A stretch of 64,000 nt of DNA, from positions 4,520-68,519 of the forward strand of contig DHJC01000081.1 of NCBI GenBank assembly GCA_002404155.1, given 5' to 3'. Of the stretch, positions 60,465-64,000 are shown piece by piece. The translations under genes were made by a program, and so were the position numbers. The notes beneath the pieces are model-generated. The model did not search any database, was not told where the DNA came from, and saw only the letters and a program-made list of their open reading frames with translations. The DNA is from Chloroflexi bacterium UBA4730. GTDB lineage: Bacteria; Chloroflexota; Limnocylindria; P2-11E. Numbering within the stretch: position 1 is the stretch's first letter; every line of letters starts with the position of its first letter.

Positions 60465-60860
60465 GTCTCCATAGATCTGGGACACACGCCACCGGTCTAG
60501 CCAGTCCAGCGGCGCGAGGCCTCCGAGGGCGATGTGCGGACGCTCGGCGTTGTAGTCGGCGACGAAGAGCGCGACGGCAAGGTCGCGCTCGGCTTCGGCA
60601 TGGAACGTCTGGCTGAACAGGCACTCGCCGCTCCTCGGGCGTCAGCGTCGCCTCGTCGAGCTGTGTCTGCCGAAAGCCGGCCCCGAGACGCCTTAGGAAC
60701 TTCTTGATCTTCCGGAGGTCCATACGGACACCGCGAAGACGCGCGACGAGTTGAAGGTCGCTGCTGAGTAGTTCCTCCGTCTCCCACTCGTCCGCGATGC
60801 GCTTGCCGGAAGCATCGCCGAGCTCATTCAAACGGCCGAGGAACGTCCTGCCGGAGCTCG
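60465..60860 (-). pseudogene. DDE (rve/IS481–IS3-type) transposase remnant with large internal deletion
   Basis: C-terminal ...FHAEAERDLAVALFVADYNAERPHIALGGLAPLDWL... and a separate N-terminal HTH-like piece (...LSSDLQLVARLRGVRMDLRKIKKFLRRLGAG...) in different frames. Catalytic core missing. Confidence 0.5.
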
Positions 60861-60980
60861 GCGGGCTTCGGCGTCGGTCATGCGAGGTTGTGAATAGACG
60901 AACGTTCTCGACGCTGACTATGTCGGTCGGCCCGGTGGGCAGCGTCGAGTTGGGACTGCAGCTTCTCGGAGTTGCTTCAC

Positions 60981-61190
60981 GCGCTGACCTCGAGCCAGCG
61001 GGCGTGCTCGGCGGCGGATAGTTCATCGACGACAGCGCAGGGGTCTGTCGCACCGGCCCGAATCCAGCCGGGCCACGGAAGTTAGGGCAACGTCCCATCA
61101 CGGAAGTTAGGGCAACGTCCCATCGCTGACTGTGAGTCATCTGAGCAATGGTTTGCCAGACCATTGCTCTACCAGCTGAGCTACCTCGGC
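60981..61190. repeat. Composite att scar: partial arm repeat, tRNA-Val 3'-end-like core (61059–61081, 1-nt deletion), 25-bp tandem direct repeat (61074–61098, 61099–61123), and a tRNA 5' fragment on the minus strand (61142–61190)
   Basis: cgaatccagccggg-ccacggaag matches tRNA-Val 23384–23407. cacggaagttagggcaacgtcccat occurs twice in tandem. Minus strand GCCGAGGTAGCTCAGCTGGTAGAGCA-ATGGT-CTGGCAA-ACCAT has acceptor, D and anticodon arms but no T arm. Confidence 0.55.
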
Positions 61191-61233
61191 GAGTGTCGGC
61201 CGCAATTTCAGAAGTCGCGTCGAGAGCCGCCAG

Positions 61234-62403
61234 CTACAGGTCGGCTCCCAGCTCGCGAGGCGGAAGGACGCGCACGAAGTATTCGCGACCGAGCATCTCG
61301 TGGAGCATCGATTGAGGGAAGAGCTCGGGCTGGATCGGGAATTGCGTGCGGTGGGCCGCGATCGCGCGGATCTTCTGGTCCACGTGCGCGGACACATCGA
61401 TGGCGGTCGTCGGCTGCTCCCCCGGCCAGTCGGCACGCTCCACGTCGGCCGGATCAGTCAGCGACGCTGCGGGACCACGTCCAGTGAACAGGGTCGGCGC
61501 CGCAGGTGAGAAGACCAGGCACGTCACCGCGTCGACGGCGATCACATGAGCGGAGCGTGGCTGCTCGTACACGAGCGCAAGCTCGCCGAAGAACTCGCCC
61601 GGACCGAGATGTCGCAGCGTGCGAAGCTCGCCCGGTGTGGGCTCCTCAGCCACCTGCGCCGCTCCCGAGACGATGAGGAACAGGCTCTTTCCGACCTCGC
61701 CCTGCTCGACGATGTACGTCCCGGCCGGGAACCAGCGGACCTCGATGAAGTCCCCGGCGTAGCGCAGCGTCGTCGATTCCTCGGCGAACAGGGACAGCGA
61801 CCGAACGAACTCCGGACCGCCGCGAAACCGGGCCTCGAGCGAGACGAGCCATCGCGCGAGCCGGTCGAGCATGAGCAGTCGACTGCGAGCGAAGTGGCTG
61901 TGGTACAGACGCGCCGCTCCGTGGGGTCGCCCGTACGTGTCCGTCCCGTCATATGCGAGCGTGAACGCTCGCCTCGTAGCCGCGCTGATGGTCACGTGAT
62001 CCGGATGGCCGTACGCACCGTCCTCGCCGAACGTGATGACGACGTTGGGCTGGAAGTCCCCGATGGCGTCGGCGACCGAGCGGACGAGCACATCGAAGTC
62101 GGCCTCCTGGAGCCGGCCATCGATGTAGTCATGGCAGACGACGTGCTGGACGCCCAGGATCGCGCACGCTCGTCGCAGCTCCTGTTCGCGGACGGAACCG
62201 AGCGTGTGGCGGGTGGCGGCACGCGCATCGCGGATCTGACCCGCTTGGCCACGGGTCGCGGACAGCACCATGGCCTCGGCACCTCGGGCGGCATACTTCG
62301 CCAAGGTCCCTCCGGCGACGAACACCTCGTCGTCAGGATGGGCGAAGACCCCGAGGATGCGCATCCGGTCCGTCGACGCGTCGCCGTTCGGCGCCAAAGC
62401 CAT
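61234..62403 (-). CDS. PIG-L/LmbE-family N-acetylglucosaminyl deacetylase with an embedded cyclic-nucleotide-binding (CAP-type) domain
   Basis: N-terminus ILGVFAHPDDEVFVAGGTLAKY...HPDH (PIG-L metal site). Residues ~220–320 resemble a CAP-family cNMP-binding domain (GTYIVEQGEVGKSLFLIVSGAAQV...GPGEFFGELALV). C-terminal LmbE segment (KIRAIAAHRTQF). Confidence 0.75.
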   Translation of the reverse strand: MALAPNGDASTDRMRILGVFAHPDDEVFVAGGTLAKYAARGAEAMVLSATRGQAGQIRDARAATRHTLGSVREQELRRACAILGVQHVVCHDYIDGRLQEADFDVLVRSVADAIGDFQPNVVITFGEDGAYGHPDHVTISAATRRAFTLAYDGTDTYGRPHGAARLYHSHFARSRLLMLDRLARWLVSLEARFRGGPEFVRSLSLFAEESTTLRYAGDFIEVRWFPAGTYIVEQGEVGKSLFLIVSGAAQVAEEPTPGELRTLRHLGPGEFFGELALVYEQPRSAHVIAVDAVTCLVFSPAAPTLFTGRGPAASLTDPADVERADWPGEQPTTAIDVSAHVDQKIRAIAAHRTQFPIQPELFPQSMLHEMLGREYFVRVLPPRELGADL

Positions 62404-62630
62404 CGCGCCGGTACGTTAGCAGTCGGTGCTCGCGCGAAGCGTGCCACTACTTGAATGCCGTCGGTAGCCCTCCAGCAGGCGCCGTCGGATGGCGCCCGCA
62501 CATTCCAGTACGTGAGCGACGGAAGCCCCTGACCCGCACGCCGACTGCTGGGATAACGGCCTTCGCTTTTCGCGTACTCCGCGAGCACCACCGAGCAACG
62601 GCTTCCCTTGGGTCGCGTAACGCGACGACC

Positions 62631-62819
62631 TCAGCCGCTGCCGGCGCGCTGTTCCGGCTGATCGTCCTCGACCCGGCACATCACATATGGCCAGCGAGAG
62701 TCGAGGTCGTATTCCTCGAGGCGACGGCAGCCGAGGCAGGTTTCGACGTCGACGGCCATCCCGCGGATTGGGCAGTACACGAGCGCGTCCTCGTCGATCA
62801 GGTGCTTCGCTTTGCTCAT
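62631..62819 (-). CDS. Hypothetical small Cys-rich protein (possible zinc ribbon)
   Basis: MSKAKHLIDEDALVYCPIRGMAVDVETCLGCRRLEEYDLDSRWPYVMCRVEDDQPEQ...; four Cys. Coding status uncertain. Confidence 0.25.
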   Translation of the reverse strand: MSKAKHLIDEDALVYCPIRGMAVDVETCLGCRRLEEYDLDSRWPYVMCRVEDDQPEQRAGSG

Positions 62820-63017
62820 GGCGGCCGCATCTGCGACCGAACGATGGCGACGCCCGACCACCCCGGCGAGCGCCATTCGGCCCGATCCCATGGGGCCGAA
62901 CGGCTACTCGATGAGGCCGTGCTGGAGGCGTGGTCCTTACCCGGTGTCCTGGGGTCGTCGACGGCCCCGGAGAGCCTCCGCGGGCGGATCGCTTCCGCCG
63001 AATCCCGGCCAAACGCC

Positions 63018-64000
63018 CTACCCGCGCGCGGCGAGCGCCTCGTCGATCGCATGCGCGGCGCGCTTGCCTGCGCCCGCGGCGAGGATCACGGTCGCGGCGC
63101 CCGTGACGGCGTCGCCGCCCGCGAAGACGAGCGGCTTCGGCGTGCGCCCGGTCTCCTCGTCGGCGACGAGGCAGCCTTCCTTCGTCGTGAGGAGTCCGGA
63201 GGTCGTCCGGGTGAGGAGCGGGTTCGGGGTCGTCCCGATCGCGAGGACGACGTTGTCCAGCGGGATCGTGACCTCTTCGCCAGGGATCGGGACCGGGCGC
63301 GCACGACCGGACCGGTCGGGCTCGCCGAGCTGCATCTTTTGGCAGCGCAGTCCGGTGACCCAACCATCGGCGCTCCCCACGACCTCGAGCGGGCTCGTGA
63401 GCCAGTGGAACCGGACACCCTCCTCGATCGCGTGGCCGTACTCCTCGACGCGAGCGCTCATCTCCTTCTCGCTGCGCCGGTAGACGATCATCGCCTCCTC
63501 GGCGCCCATCCGGAGTGCGGTCCGCGCGGCGTCCATCGCGGTGTTCCCCGCCCCGATCACGGCGACGCGCTTCCCCACGTTCACAGGGGTGTCCGTCTCG
63601 GGGAAGTCGTAGGCACGCATGAGGTTCACTCGGGTGAGGAACTCGTTCGCCGACATGACCCCGTTGAGGTCCTCGCCGGAGATGCCGAGGAACTGCGGCA
63701 GCCCCGCGCCGGTGCCGACGAACACGACGGTGTAGCCGAGCCGGCTGAAGAGGTCGTCCAGCGGGAGCGTCTTGCCGATGACGACATTGCAGACGATCTC
63801 GACGCCGAGGCCCTTGAGCACGCCGATCTCCCAGTCGAGGATCGCCTTGGGCAGCCGGAACTCGGGGATGCCGTAGCGGAGCACGCCGCCGGGCGCGTGG
63901 AGCGCCTCGTAGACCGTGACGGGGTAGCCCAGCCGGGCGAGCTCGCCGGCGCAGACGAGCCCGGACGGCCCCGAGCCGATGACCGCGATCTTCTTCGGGC
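63018..64000 (-). CDS. Glutamate synthase small subunit (GltD)-like FAD/NAD(P)-binding oxidoreductase, C-terminal part (gene continues past window end)
   Basis: Two dinucleotide-binding motifs (VVFVGTGAG, VAVIGAGNTAMDAART) and a C-terminal GltD-like region. ORF open to the window edge. Confidence 0.8.
   Translation of the reverse strand, partial: PKKIAVIGSGPSGLVCAGELARLGYPVTVYEALHAPGGVLRYGIPEFRLPKAILDWEIGVLKGLGVEIVCNVVIGKTLPLDDLFSRLGYTVVFVGTGAGLPQFLGISGEDLNGVMSANEFLTRVNLMRAYDFPETDTPVNVGKRVAVIGAGNTAMDAARTALRMGAEEAMIVYRRSEKEMSARVEEYGHAIEEGVRFHWLTSPLEVVGSADGWVTGLRCQKMQLGEPDRSGRARPVPIPGEEVTIPLDNVVLAIGTTPNPLLTRTTSGLLTTKEGCLVADEETGRTPKPLVFAGGDAVTGAATVILAAGAGKRAAHAIDEALAARG

Overview
This window comes from a high-GC, actinobacterium-like chromosome and carries about 60 genes. 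Most are on the minus strand, and many are joined by 4-nt ATGA/GTGA start-stop overlaps. The long arginine-rich N-terminal extensions in the ORF track are GC artefacts. Real starts are usually GTG or ATG placed at the upstream gene's stop.

Content, left to right:
- PfkB kinase (partial), ychF, murI, and a REC–ParA/MinD fusion.
- A D-amino-acid / N-acyl-amino-acid cluster: DUF1461 membrane protein, enolase-superfamily epimerase, DUF1611 (DgcN-like), D-aminoacylase, M20 amidohydrolase.
- rmuC, an MFS transporter, and a UvrD-family helicase fused to a Cys4 PD-(D/E)XK nuclease.
- A selenocysteine-machinery block: trmFO, pepA, selB, ridA, selA, a DAG-kinase-like lipid kinase, DUF4446.
- tRNA-Val(CAC) with an adjacent frameshifted large serine recombinase.
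- An FAH-family gene.
- A branched-chain-amino-acid super-operon: ilvB-ilvN-ilvC, a 64-aa ORF, leuA, ilvD, ilvA, leuC, leuD.
  - ilvB is preceded by a Val/Ile/Leu-rich leader peptide and terminator/antiterminator structures. An almost identical second copy of this leader sits upstream of a PucR-family regulator.
- An ACT-domain gene, then HAD-hisZ-hisG-hisD-hisC-hisB-hisH-hisF-hisIE with no hisA.
- A leuB 5' fragment cut off by an IS21 remnant.
- A toxin-antitoxin-rich accessory patch: relE/phd, a tandem-duplicated MazF fusion, hicAB, and a pRiA4b-ORF3-like gene. It is flanked by repeated att-like copies of the tRNA-Val 3' end.
- A PHP hydrolase, a sugar ABC transporter, and a divergent GH63-like hydrolase.
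- An AhpD/CMD-family gene interrupted by an in-frame TGA. It is best read as a CxxU selenoprotein, consistent with selA/selB being in the same window. It sits next to a rhodanese fragment and a membrane-domain–thioredoxin fusion.
- Transposase and tRNA-fragment scars with a 25-bp tandem repeat.
- A PIG-L deacetylase carrying an embedded cNMP-binding domain, and a partial gltD-like gene.

No CRISPR array or rRNA was seen. Coordinates taken from the sequence line labels rather than the ORF track may be off by 1–2 nt.
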